From an uncultured Candidatus Saccharibacteria bacterium (GTDB lineage Bacteria > Patescibacteriota > Saccharimonadia > Saccharimonadales > Saccharimonadaceae): 64,000 bases of DNA. Positions 11,567 through 21,094 of this stretch are shown here, piece by piece. The notes beneath the pieces were generated by a model. The model was not told where the DNA came from. It saw only the letters and a program-made list of their open reading frames with translations, and did no database searches. Each line of letters begins with the position of its first letter. Positions within the stretch are counted from its first letter, which is position 1. Position numbers and translations under genes: made by a program. The stretch lies in contig CAUTJK010000002.1 in assembly GCA_963538815.1 (NCBI GenBank), positions 17,571-81,570 of the forward strand, read 5' to 3'.

Positions 11567-12516
11567 CCTGCGCGGTACACTGCCATCTTCGCGTTGAGTA
11601 GTTTGTTCATCTCGGTGAGGCCGCTGTCCTTCTTGTGGAGGACGCCGTCGTCGATGACATATGTCTCGGCTTTGCTGTCTCTGTTGTCGGGCATTTTGGG
11701 CGCAGTGTTTTGCCCGCTGTACTTGCTGCGGCTGGTTAGGTCGCTGTGTGTGCGGTAGTATTGAGCAGCTTTGAGGCGGTGGTCTTTGACCTTTTGGTAA
11801 TACGTAACGTATTCGGCACCAAGCTTGCGTGCGTTGTCATTTTCGCTGATGTTTTGCACTTTTTTGGCTTGCTCGATGCACGAGCCATAGGTCTTGCTTG
11901 CTTCCTTTTCGATCTCGCTATCGGTCAGTGCAGGAGCGCTCGTAAGCGCTGCACTGCCACCCTTGCGGAAGTCAAAGTTCAGAATTTGGCGGTTGAGCGT
12001 ATTGGTATCGGCGCACTCTTTGATAAAGGTAGCGACGGTGGAGTAGTAGCTCGGCAGCTTGCCCAGTGCAGTGACGGCTTCGTCCGTCTCGTGCTTGTAT
12101 TGCTCGTACGCACGCTTGATATCTTCGTCGTGCACAGCGCGTGAGTTGCCAAGCTTGCTTATGAGTTCTTTGCGGTTGTCTGCAAATGCCTTGGTGTCGA
12201 TCGTCTCACCACGAGAAAGTGGCTGCAGCAGGCGATCCTCGGTGCGGCTATGGGTGCGGATGAGCGCCTGGGCGTCTTGCAAGTCTTTGCGGCTTGGTGG
12301 TGCCGACTGCATAGCCACAACGATGATAATGATGATGACTAGCACAATGCCCACCGCGCCAGCAATCAGCCCATACAGCAGTCTCTTGTTTGCGAGCAAT
12401 GGGTTACCCGAGTGGGGTGGCGGTGTATTGCCAGGCTGCGATGCGTTCATATTCATGGTGTTCGTTGGCGAGGTCATAGCTGGTTGGTTATGGCCAGGAG
12501 TGGGCTGAGTGTCCAT
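11563..12516 (-). CDS. Membrane-anchored hypothetical protein (Pro-rich N-terminus, one TM helix, extracytoplasmic domain)
   Basis: TM segment LLYGLIAGAVGIVLVIIIIIVVAM; long ORF with normal composition. Confidence 0.7.
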   Translation of the reverse strand: MDTQPTPGHNQPAMTSPTNTMNMNASQPGNTPPPHSGNPLLANKRLLYGLIAGAVGIVLVIIIIIVVAMQSAPPSRKDLQDAQALIRTHSRTEDRLLQPLSRGETIDTKAFADNRKELISKLGNSRAVHDEDIKRAYEQYKHETDEAVTALGKLPSYYSTVATFIKECADTNTLNRQILNFDFRKGGSAALTSAPALTDSEIEKEASKTYGSCIEQAKKVQNISENDNARKLGAEYVTYYQKVKDHRLKAAQYYRTHSDLTSRSKYSGQNTAPKMPDNRDSKAETYVIDDGVLHKKDSGLTEMNKLLNAKMAVYRAG

Positions 12517-12800
12517 TGCTTGTGTCCTTTATCTTCGTTGTTGATACTCAAATTAACTATAGACTATATATTATAGCAATAGTTGCAGTGAGCGCAAATT
12601 GACGGAAGAAGAGCTGTTGCGGGATGTTGCGTATAGTGATATGCTAATGCGCGTGGTATACAAGAAACAAGCGAAAAAGCAATAATGCCGCTATGAGAGA
12701 TAGCGATCATTAATAAGGAAATGATGAAGGAGCGCCAAGAACAAGGGCAGTATGATATACCCTCTGACCTCTGTATATTCTGTGTTTTGGGCGCTGTGTA

Positions 12801-12809
12801 TGCTATAAT
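12801..12809 (+). promoter_or_regulatory. Extended -10 box (TGCTATAAT) 7 nt upstream of murD ATG
   Basis: The -10 ends at 12809 and the ATG is at 12816. Confidence 0.55.
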
Positions 12810-12815
12810 AGCGGT

Positions 12816-14162
12816 ATGAAAGTTGCGATTGCTGGGTACGACGTTGAGGGTCGTGCAACATATGATTATGCGCGGCAGGTGTGGCCTGCGGCGGAGATTG
12901 TGATAGCCGATGAGCGGCGCATTACTGATGTGCCGCCTGGGGTGGTGGATGTATTGACAGGCCCAGATGCCTTTGCTCAGCTGGGCGATGCCGATATCGT
13001 CATGCGCACCCCTGGGTTGGCACCGTGGCGGATCGAGACGGACGGCACGGTGTGGTCGGCTACGAATGAGTTCTTCGCACGCTGCCCCGCGCCGATCATT
13101 GGCGTGACAGGCACAAAGGGCAAGGGTACAACGGTGAGCCTCATCGCTGCTATGCTGCAGGCCCTTGGTCGCACTGTCCATGTGGTGGGCAATATTGGCC
13201 GGCCAGCTCTGGCGCAGCTGGGGCAGATTGGCCCGGATGATGTGGTGGTGTATGAGCTGAGTAGCTTCCAATTGTGGGATGCCGAGCGTTCACCGCAGAT
13301 CGCGGTGGTGCTGATGATTGAGCCCGATCACCTCGATAAGCACGTTAATTTTGCTGAGTATGTCGATGCTAAGGCTAATATTCGGCGGCACCAGCGGCCA
13401 GGCGATGTGTGTATTTATCATCCGAGCAATCCATATGCCGCGCAGATTGCTGAGTCGCTTGACACGGACGTTGCGCGTGGCAGCCTGGGTACGCCACCAC
13501 CGGCGTATCGCTATGGCACACCAGACGATGGCATGGTGTATGTGAAAGATGGTGCCTTTTGGCAGGGCGAGCGGCGGCTTTGCACAACGGATCGCCTGCA
13601 GCTGCCGGGTGCTCATAATATTGAGAATGCCTGTGCGGCGCTGAGCGCAGTGCTCGCCTTCGATCCACAGGCTGTGCCGCAGCGCCTGGCGGAGGGGCTG
13701 GCGAGCTTTGCTGGCTTGCCGCATCGCTTGGCCTTCGTGGCAGAGCAGGATGAGGTACGGTATTATGACGACAGTATTGCTACCACACCGGGCAGTGCCA
13801 TTGCAGCGCTGTGTGCCTTTGCAGAGCCTAAAGTTCTCATCGTTGGTGGGGCAGACAAAGGTGGTGATTACGAGCCACTGGCACAAGAGGTGTATAATCA
13901 AGGTGAGTCTGTCCGCGCTATCATTACGATGGGAGCGAATGCTTCGGCGATTGCAGCGGTATTACAAAACTATGATGTTGCTGCACCTATCATAACACTT
14001 GGTAGTGTGTCTATGACAGAGGTCGTGGCTGCCGCTCGGCAGCAAGCCGAGCCTGGTGATGTCGTCATCTTAAGCCCTGCTGCCGCGAGCTTCGACCAAT
14101 ACCGTAGCTATGCCGACCGTGGTGAGCAATTTATTGCAGCGGTGCAGGGCGGCGGAGTGTAA
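12816..14162 (+). CDS. murD: UDP-N-acetylmuramoylalanine--D-glutamate ligase
   Basis: GVTGTKGKGTT P-loop and Mur ligase middle and C-terminal domains (DDSIATTPGSAIAAL). Confidence 0.9.
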   Translation: MKVAIAGYDVEGRATYDYARQVWPAAEIVIADERRITDVPPGVVDVLTGPDAFAQLGDADIVMRTPGLAPWRIETDGTVWSATNEFFARCPAPIIGVTGTKGKGTTVSLIAAMLQALGRTVHVVGNIGRPALAQLGQIGPDDVVVYELSSFQLWDAERSPQIAVVLMIEPDHLDKHVNFAEYVDAKANIRRHQRPGDVCIYHPSNPYAAQIAESLDTDVARGSLGTPPPAYRYGTPDDGMVYVKDGAFWQGERRLCTTDRLQLPGAHNIENACAALSAVLAFDPQAVPQRLAEGLASFAGLPHRLAFVAEQDEVRYYDDSIATTPGSAIAALCAFAEPKVLIVGGADKGGDYEPLAQEVYNQGESVRAIITMGANASAIAAVLQNYDVAAPIITLGSVSMTEVVAAARQQAEPGDVVILSPAAASFDQYRSYADRGEQFIAAVQGGGV

Positions 14163-14245
14163 GCTATTTTGCGATTGAGCAGGATATACTATAATATATA
14201 CAAATAATTTATATAACTGATACAAGATAAGGAATCGATAGCCCA

Positions 14246-15208
14246 ATGAATCAGCAACCATACACCAACTCACCGCAGCCTGCCGCAGCGCCGCAGTATA
14301 GCAAGGGGCAGCTTGCCGTGGCCCGTGCTGCTATGTCTAGCGACAACACCGTGCTGGCAGTCACCTTTATTGGCTTCTTTTTTATGACGTCGGCGTATTT
14401 TATTTTTACGGCGCTGGCCGAGCACTTTAGTGTAGAGGGGACTGATATGGCGGTAGAGCAAGTCCCACTTTGGCTGAGGCTTATTATTGCTTTGTTTAGC
14501 GGTGCTATCCTCTTTGGCGTCATCCTTCTTGTCGGGATGTTTTTCATCCGGATGGAGCGGCAGAAGATGTTGGGTAATGCTATGCAGGTGGAGTATAGCG
14601 ATTATGCTTGGCTGCGCGACTGGGCCAACGTCACAGCGGCCGACCTCGGTTTGCCACGGGTAGAGATTTTCGTCACGCAGAACCCGGTCATCAATGCTTA
14701 TGCCTTTGGCTTTATGAATCCATACTGTATTGTGCTGCACTCTGGCTCGATCCGCTATCTCACGCCCGATGAGCTTAAGACGGTCGTCATTCATGAGATG
14801 GGGCATATTAAGTACAAGCACACCATAGCGATGCTGTATCTGCAGCCGTTCTTGGCACTGCCGTTTGTTTCTTCGGTGTCTGGCTGGCTAGCGGGCTTTT
14901 GGCAGCGCCGCACCGAGTATACGGCCGACCGCTTGGCGCTTACCTACACTGAAGATCCAGAGCTCGTCAAGAATGCACTCGTCAAGGTGCACATTGGCCC
15001 TGATGTGGCGGAGGGTATGAACGAGACTGCTCGCCAGTGGCAGCGCTACACCGCCAACCGGCCAATGAACCGCTTTGCCCAGACCTTGAGCGACCATCCA
15101 TACCTCGTGCGCCGGCTTGATCGCATCGACGAAATGACTACCAAGCTCCTTGCGCCTCAAGCGCCAGCTGCACCAGCCCAGCCCACGACACCAGTCCAGC
15201 CACAGTAG
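14246..15208 (+). CDS. M48 family (HtpX-like) membrane metalloprotease
   Basis: HEMGH zinc motif flanked by TM helices. Confidence 0.8.
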   Translation: MNQQPYTNSPQPAAAPQYSKGQLAVARAAMSSDNTVLAVTFIGFFFMTSAYFIFTALAEHFSVEGTDMAVEQVPLWLRLIIALFSGAILFGVILLVGMFFIRMERQKMLGNAMQVEYSDYAWLRDWANVTAADLGLPRVEIFVTQNPVINAYAFGFMNPYCIVLHSGSIRYLTPDELKTVVIHEMGHIKYKHTIAMLYLQPFLALPFVSSVSGWLAGFWQRRTEYTADRLALTYTEDPELVKNALVKVHIGPDVAEGMNETARQWQRYTANRPMNRFAQTLSDHPYLVRRLDRIDEMTTKLLAPQAPAAPAQPTTPVQPQ

Positions 15209-15236
15209 GGGGCTACAGGCGTATTACTCTGCATAT

Positions 15237-15274
15237 AGAGGCTGCTATCTGTGTGATAGTGGCCTCTTGGTTTT
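15237..15274 (+). terminator. Hairpin terminator
   Basis: AGAGGC..CTATC..GATAG..GCCTCT nested stem followed by TGGTTTT. Confidence 0.6.
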
Positions 15275-15559
15275 GCTCTATACCTACGATAGTGCACACT
15301 TCGACCATAAAGGTTCATCGATCACTTGTGCCTTTTCCTTTTGTTGTTCCTCTTCTCAGAGTGATGCGTACCTCTCTTGATTATAAGCTTGCCAGTATCA
15401 GCGCTGAAAATATCATTATAGCAACGAGATTTCACACCCTGTCTAAACGAAATAATGGATTAAACGAACACACAGCAATACGCTGCGAGATGTGTGCTCC
15501 AGCAATACTTTGCGCTACATAGTAGGGCTAGCCCTCCAAGAGTGCGGTATAATATACCT

Positions 15560-16648
15560 ATGCAACCACTCAAAAAGCGTGCCGCACAGCTCCTCGCCGA
15601 TATCCTCGATGCGATCCATCGTTTGCAGATTACTGACAAAGCCACTCAGCTCGCTCAGCTCGAAGCGCAGCTGGCCGACTCGCAAATTTGGGCTAATCCA
15701 GCCCACGCTCAGCAAGTGTCGCGCCAGGCAGCAGCACTGCGAGGGCAGATAGAGCCATGGCAGGTGCTGCAGGCTCAAGTGAGCGACATTGTGGAACTAA
15801 TGGATCTTGGCGATGATTCGATGATACCAGAGTTCGAGCAGCAGCTTGCCGCCCTCGAGCACGACTACCAAGCGCGCCACCGCGATCTCCTCTACAGTGG
15901 TGAACATGACGATCAACCGGCTATTATTAAGATTAGCGCTGGAGCTGGTGGTACCGATGCGCAGGATTGGGCAGCGATGCTCGAGCGGATGTACCTACGC
16001 TTTGCTGAGCAGCATAGTCTCCAAGCGGAGCTCCTCGAGCGCTCGACGGGGGAAGAAGCTGGCATCAAGAGCGCGACATACAGCCTCCATGGTGCGTATG
16101 CCTATGGCCAGCTGCGTAGCGAGCATGGCGTGCACCGCTTGGTGCGGCTCAGCCCGTTTAATGCCGACCATTTGCGCCAGACGAGCTTTGCTCTGGTGGA
16201 GGTGATGCCAGAAATTGCTGAGCCCGAGCAGGTGCAGCTTGAGGACAAAGACCTCCGGATCGACGTCTACCGCAGTGGTGGCAAGGGTGGGCAGGGCGTT
16301 AATACGACCGACTCAGCCGTGCGCGTTACCCATCTACCCACCGGCATCGTCGTTGCCATCCAAAACGAACGCAGCCAGATCCAAAACCGCGAGACCGCTC
16401 TCACCATTCTGCGCTCGCGCCTGGCTCAGCTCCAGCACGAGCAGCAGGCCGCCAGCTTGGCCGACCTCCGCACCGGTGAGTCTGCCAGCTGGGGTGCGCA
16501 GATCCGCAATTATGTGCTCCACCCCTATACCCTCGTCAAAGACACTCGCACCAAACATGAAGCCCACGACGCCCAAGCTGTCCTCGACGGCGCCATCGAC
16601 GGCTTTATCGAGGCATATTTGGCGATGGGGGTGGGGGAGAAGTCGTAG
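15560..16648 (+). CDS. prfB: Peptide chain release factor 2 (single uninterrupted frame)
   Basis: SPF tripeptide (RLSPFNA) and GGQ (GGKGGQGVNTTDSAVR). TATAAT ends 7 nt before the ATG. Confidence 0.92.
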   Translation: MQPLKKRAAQLLADILDAIHRLQITDKATQLAQLEAQLADSQIWANPAHAQQVSRQAAALRGQIEPWQVLQAQVSDIVELMDLGDDSMIPEFEQQLAALEHDYQARHRDLLYSGEHDDQPAIIKISAGAGGTDAQDWAAMLERMYLRFAEQHSLQAELLERSTGEEAGIKSATYSLHGAYAYGQLRSEHGVHRLVRLSPFNADHLRQTSFALVEVMPEIAEPEQVQLEDKDLRIDVYRSGGKGGQGVNTTDSAVRVTHLPTGIVVAIQNERSQIQNRETALTILRSRLAQLQHEQQAASLADLRTGESASWGAQIRNYVLHPYTLVKDTRTKHEAHDAQAVLDGAIDGFIEAYLAMGVGEKS

Positions 16649-16674
16649 CTTTCTCGCTCCATCCCCCAGCCATA

Positions 16675-16683
16675 TGCTATACT
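16675..16683 (+). promoter_or_regulatory. Extended -10 box (TGCTATACT) 7 nt upstream of ftsE GTG
   Basis: The -10 ends at 16683 and the GTG is at 16690. Confidence 0.5.
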
Positions 16684-16689
16684 GGTATA

Positions 16690-17373
16690 GTGATATTGTT
16701 AGACAGAGTAACCAAACGGTATGATAAGGACGCCAAGCCGGCGCTCGATCGGGTGAGCTTGCATGTTGAGCCCAATGAGTTCGTCGTTATTATTGGCACG
16801 AGTGGGGCGGGCAAGAGCACGCTGCTCAAGCTCCTTACTCGCGAAGAGAAGCCCACGACGGGCAAGATTGTGGTCGGTGGTATCGACTACGACACCCTCA
16901 AGGATAAGCATATTCCACTGCTGCGCCGCAAGATCGGCGTGGTGTTTCAGGATTTTAAGCTGTTGCCGCAGCGCACGGTGTTTGAAAACGTGGCCTTTGC
17001 GCTGGAGATTGCAGGCATGAGCAACCGCGAGATCAAGAACACAGTGCCCAAGGTGATCGACCTCGTTGGCCTCCGGGGCAAAGAGAAGCAATTTCCACAT
17101 CAGCTCAGTGGTGGTGAGCGCCAGCGCGTGGCGATTGCCCGCGCCGTTGTGCGCCAGCCCAAAATTCTTATCGCTGATGAGCCCACTGGCAACCTCGACC
17201 CTAAGCACAGCTGGGATATCGTCCGTTTGCTCGAGAAGATTAATAAATATGGTACCACCGTGCTCCTGACCACCCACAATGTCGAGATCGTTAACCGGCT
17301 CAAGCGCCGCGTCATCACCATCGAGCATGGTAAGATCACGCACGACCAAGCCAGAGGGAGTTACCGCCAATGA
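16690..17373 (+). CDS. ftsE: Cell division ABC ATPase FtsE
   Basis: Walker A GTSGAGKST, signature LSGGERQRVAIARA, Walker B ILIADEP. Confidence 0.92.
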   Translation: MILLDRVTKRYDKDAKPALDRVSLHVEPNEFVVIIGTSGAGKSTLLKLLTREEKPTTGKIVVGGIDYDTLKDKHIPLLRRKIGVVFQDFKLLPQRTVFENVAFALEIAGMSNREIKNTVPKVIDLVGLRGKEKQFPHQLSGGERQRVAIARAVVRQPKILIADEPTGNLDPKHSWDIVRLLEKINKYGTTVLLTTHNVEIVNRLKRRVITIEHGKITHDQARGSYRQ

Positions 17374-18350
17374 GCCGCCGCAAAGATACTGCTCGTGCTC
17401 TGATGCAGCAAAAGCGCCGCCGTCGCCAGTGGCTGACGTTTGTCCGGATGTGCCACTACGGCGTTAATAACTTTAGCCGCAACGCCTGGCTGACTGTTGC
17501 TGCAACGCTGGTGATGACAATTACACTGCTGATTGTCTTTACTACCTTTGTCGCGCAGCGTTCGCTGGCCGACACCGCTCAGGCTATCAACAAGGATATT
17601 GACCGCTCAATCTACCTCCGCCCTGATGTCTCGGAGGAGCGCGCTCAGCCGGTGCTGGTGAGTTTGCGCCGCCTCAGCAACGTCGAGTCAGTCCGCTTCA
17701 TTAGCACAGAGGAAGCCAAGGAGCAGTTTGCCAAGGCTAACAAGGACGATGAGGCTAAACTGAACGCCCTTAAGGAGGCGACGAATTCACTGCCCGCGAC
17801 GATCCGTATCACCCTGCATGACAATAACGATACATCGCAGCTGATAGACTTCGTCAATACCAATTCTGCCCTCAAACCACTGATTAGCGCCACCCAAACA
17901 CCGACCTTTATGAGCCAGCGGCGCAACGGTACAACGCGCATCGCAGAGTGGACGCATATGTCGCAAAAGGCTGGAGTAGCGGCTAGCGTGCTCTTTATCG
18001 CTATTTCATTCTTGATTATCTTTAATACCATCCGTATGGCGATCTTCAACCGGCGCGATGAGATCGAGATGATGAAACTGATTGGCGCCGACCGGGGCTT
18101 TATTCGCGGGCCATTCCTCGTGGAGGCAGTGGTATACGGGGTGATTGCCGCGGTGATTGCGACCACGCTGGGTATCATTACGCTCTTTCTCTCGGGCAAT
18201 TCGCTCAAGAAGTGGGGGGTGGCCCTCCAGCCCACCATTGATATGGCAGCATCCTACTGGTGGCTTATCGCCCTGGTGATGATGGCACTAGGCGCATGCA
18301 TTGGCGTCATCTCATCGCTGGTGGCCACCCGCCGTTACCTAAAGATTTAG
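17370..18350 (+). CDS. ftsX: Cell division permease-like protein FtsX
   Basis: ATGA overlap with ftsE. One TM helix, a periplasmic-type loop and three C-terminal TM helices. Confidence 0.9.
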   Translation: MSRRKDTARALMQQKRRRRQWLTFVRMCHYGVNNFSRNAWLTVAATLVMTITLLIVFTTFVAQRSLADTAQAINKDIDRSIYLRPDVSEERAQPVLVSLRRLSNVESVRFISTEEAKEQFAKANKDDEAKLNALKEATNSLPATIRITLHDNNDTSQLIDFVNTNSALKPLISATQTPTFMSQRRNGTTRIAEWTHMSQKAGVAASVLFIAISFLIIFNTIRMAIFNRRDEIEMMKLIGADRGFIRGPFLVEAVVYGVIAAVIATTLGIITLFLSGNSLKKWGVALQPTIDMAASYWWLIALVMMALGACIGVISSLVATRRYLKI

Positions 18351-18409
18351 CATTGATACAAAGGAGGCCCGTGTTGACAAAGCACACACCGCTTGTTACC
18401 ATAAGAAAT

Positions 18410-19663
18410 ATGAAACAATCCACCACATCTGTTTCGCGTGCCCACACTGCTGTGGCCGCACCTAAGAAAACCAAGGGGCTTGCCACCAAGTCGGTCATTG
18501 TGGCAGCTGCCGTAATTATGGCGCTCAGTACGCCAGTTAGCACCTACCTCGGAGTGACCACCGGGACTGCCTCGGCCGTGTCGCAGGAGGAATACCAGCG
18601 ACAGATCGATGCGCTCAATAAGGAGATTGGGCAGTATCAGTCGCAGGCTAAGGAGCTGAACGAGAAGGCGAAGAGCTTGCAAAATGAACTCGAGGTCTTG
18701 TCGAAGCAGAAGGCGATGATCCAAGCGCAGATTGATATCAGCCAGAAGAAGCACGACCAACTGCAGGAGAAGATTGCCCAGACCAAGCGCGACATCAAGG
18801 CCAACCAAGACGCCTTGGGCGACACGCTGGCCGATATGTACGTCGACCGCACCATTAGCCCGCTGGAGATGCTGGCCAGCAGCCGGAACCTTGGTGACTA
18901 TGTGGTGGAGCAAGATCGCCGCGATAGCATCCAGACCACGCTGAGCGAGACGATTACCCGGGTCAATAAGCTCAAAAAGCAGCTAGAAGAGCAAAAGAAG
19001 GAAGTTGAGCGTGTCCTGGCAGACCAAAAGAATGCCCGCGAAGCCCTCGCCGCCAAAGAGCGTGAGCAAGCTGACCTCCTTGCCCGCACGCAAAACGAAG
19101 AAGCAAACTACCAAAAGCTCACCGCCGACCGCGAGAGTGAAAAAGCCCGCGTCCAGAAGGCACAGCAGGATGCCATCCAAGCGGCCATCCGCAACGCTGG
19201 TGGTGGTGGCTCGCTCGGTATTACCTCTGGTGATGGCTCGATGGGTGGCTACCCATGGGCTGGTGGCTGTACCGTTGATGCCAATGCGCTGTCGCACGGT
19301 GGCGCATCCGGTGGTGGCGAAGATCCACTGGGCTATGGCTGCCGCCAGTGTGTAAGCTACACTGCCTGGAAGACTTACCAAAAGACTGGCTACGCACCAC
19401 GCTACTGGGGCAACGCCAATATGTGGCCAAATGCCGCTCGCAATGCTGGTTTCTCGACGGGCCGCACTCCACGAGCCAACGCCCTTGGTGTCATCTCGGC
19501 AGGGCAGTATGGGCATATCGTCTACATCGAAGGCTACGACGCTGGCAGCAACACCGTCCGCATTAGCCAGTTCAATTACTTCAATGCCGGCGGCCCTGGC
19601 TGGGGTCATTATAGCGAAATGACGGTGCCTGCTAGTACGTACGATACGTATATTTATCTGTAG
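18410..19663 (+). CDS. Secreted coiled-coil + CHAP-domain peptidoglycan hydrolase (PcsB/EnvC-like partner of FtsEX)
   Basis: Signal/TM segment and a ~230-aa heptad-rich region. The C-terminal CHAP motifs are GCRQCVSYTAWK (Cys) and GHIVYIEGYD (His). Confidence 0.85.
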   Translation: MKQSTTSVSRAHTAVAAPKKTKGLATKSVIVAAAVIMALSTPVSTYLGVTTGTASAVSQEEYQRQIDALNKEIGQYQSQAKELNEKAKSLQNELEVLSKQKAMIQAQIDISQKKHDQLQEKIAQTKRDIKANQDALGDTLADMYVDRTISPLEMLASSRNLGDYVVEQDRRDSIQTTLSETITRVNKLKKQLEEQKKEVERVLADQKNAREALAAKEREQADLLARTQNEEANYQKLTADRESEKARVQKAQQDAIQAAIRNAGGGGSLGITSGDGSMGGYPWAGGCTVDANALSHGGASGGGEDPLGYGCRQCVSYTAWKTYQKTGYAPRYWGNANMWPNAARNAGFSTGRTPRANALGVISAGQYGHIVYIEGYDAGSNTVRISQFNYFNAGGPGWGHYSEMTVPASTYDTYIYL

Positions 19664-19680
19664 GAGAGAATATATAGCGC

Positions 19681-19714
19681 AAACGACCACCCAAGTAACG
19701 GTGGTCGTTTTTTA
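19681..19714. terminator. Bidirectional rho-independent terminator
   Basis: AAACGACCACC / GGTGGTCGTTT stem followed by TTTT. Confidence 0.8.
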
Positions 19715-19734
19715 GTGGGTGGAACTCTCGAGGC

Positions 19735-20448
19735 CTACGCTGCAGATAGGGTAGGCTGGTGCGGGGCTTCGGTTTGGGTGATGGTTGTATCAGTGGTAGT
19801 ACTCACCTCAGGCGGACCAACTCGGTACCCATACTGGTTGTACTCTGTGCCAATTGGATCATCCCTCTCGCAGCGCCGGAGGGGTTCAATATCAGTGGGC
19901 AGCTGGGCAATGTAGCTGTTGCTAAAGGCGGCGCGTGTATCGGCCTGGGCCATATGGCCCAGTAGGACAAAGAGCTCTTTGACGTTGCTGATTGCTTCGC
20001 TTGTGCTGGGCGGCTTCTCACCACCGTAGGTAAAGCCGTGCTGCTCCTGCGCTAAGAGGTCTTGATTAAAACCGTGGCCGCAATCGCGGCAGTCTAGACA
20101 GCGCTCATAGAAATAATGCACTGAGTAGGTAATCTCGCTATGTGCGATGGTGATGGGCGGCTGGCCACCATGGGCGCTCCCTTTCATCTTGGTAATGATG
20201 TTTGTGAGGCTGTCGATGACATCGTGGAGGATTTGCTCGCGCTGGTGGCGTTCGTCGTCGATAATGCGCATCGCATCGAGCTCCTCGCTGCTATGGCGCG
20301 GAATAGTCGGCAATTCAGCAACAAGCGCAAGACGCCCAACCTGGCAAGTCTGAGGGGTAGGCTTAGTAAGCAGCTGTGAGCTACCTTCAACAGTGGATGG
20401 TAACGGGAAAACAGGCGCTGCTTCTGAGCTGACAACAGCAAGAGACAT
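19735..20448 (-). CDS. Hypothetical protein (Cys-containing, CxxC-like CLDCRDC)
   Basis: Long ORF with a GAGG RBS and an upstream TATAAT on the minus strand. Confidence 0.6.
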   Translation of the reverse strand: MSLAVVSSEAAPVFPLPSTVEGSSQLLTKPTPQTCQVGRLALVAELPTIPRHSSEELDAMRIIDDERHQREQILHDVIDSLTNIITKMKGSAHGGQPPITIAHSEITYSVHYFYERCLDCRDCGHGFNQDLLAQEQHGFTYGGEKPPSTSEAISNVKELFVLLGHMAQADTRAAFSNSYIAQLPTDIEPLRRCERDDPIGTEYNQYGYRVGPPEVSTTTDTTITQTEAPHQPTLSAA

Positions 20449-20639
20449 TAGGTAACCTCGCTTATTTTGTTAGAAAATGGTAATTGTCTATTATACGAGG
20501 ATGAGGCAAAAATGCAAGGGGTTCGAAGTATCGCATTATTGTGACCAATAAAAACATAAGCTCTTCTGTTCATTGTTTGTTCTGCTACCTTCTCTCCCCC
20601 TTCCTCCCCTCTATTTCTCTCATTTTCTTCCTTCAAAAA

Positions 20640-20659
20640 GGCGAATTTCGAAATTCGCC
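20640..20659 (-). terminator. Perfect 20-nt palindrome GGCGAATTTCGAAATTCGCC, terminator-like on the minus strand
   Basis: On the minus strand the hairpin is followed by TTTTT. No annotated minus-strand gene lies upstream of it. Confidence 0.5.
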
Positions 20660-20699
20660 TGGTTTACCCTGTTTTTTCCCTGTTAGCGTGGGTTCTTTT

Positions 20700-21010
20700 T
20701 TCTCTTCTTTTATATATTTATATATAATAGGAGAGAAATCGATATGGATGGATATGGATATATAAAGATAGAGGATAGAGATAAATAGAGAAATAGAAAG
20801 AATAAGTAAATAGAGATAAAAATAAAGATAAATAGATAAAGAAATATAAAGATAAGGAAATGGATAAATAGAGATAGAGAAAGATAAAGAGATAGATATG
20901 AGTATAGAAATAGATATAGATATAGATAGAGATAGAGAAATATAGAGAAAGAGATGCATAGAGATAGAAAAGGAGAATATATGAAGATAGATATAAAAGA
21001 AATAACTGAA
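20700..21010. repeat. Cytosine-depleted GATA/AGATA/ATAGAGA low-complexity tract
   Basis: By eye only about 2 C in ~260 nt of the + strand and about 30 GATA occurrences. A 60-nt polypyrimidine run precedes it at 20575-20635. Confidence 0.9.
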
Positions 21011-21094
21011 TGTGAAGGATAGAATAGAGCGGTAGGTCAATGGTTATCTTCGTACTCTTTTGCCGCGTCGCTTGGCGTAGTATAATACCATAGT

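Noticed and set aside
18260-18409. N-terminal extension of the CHAP hydrolase ORF overlapping ftsX by 90 nt
   Set aside because: The extension is Arg/Pro/His-rich and lacks an RBS. The ATG at 18410 gives a normal signal-anchor N-terminus (MKQSTTSVSRAHTAVAAPKK...).
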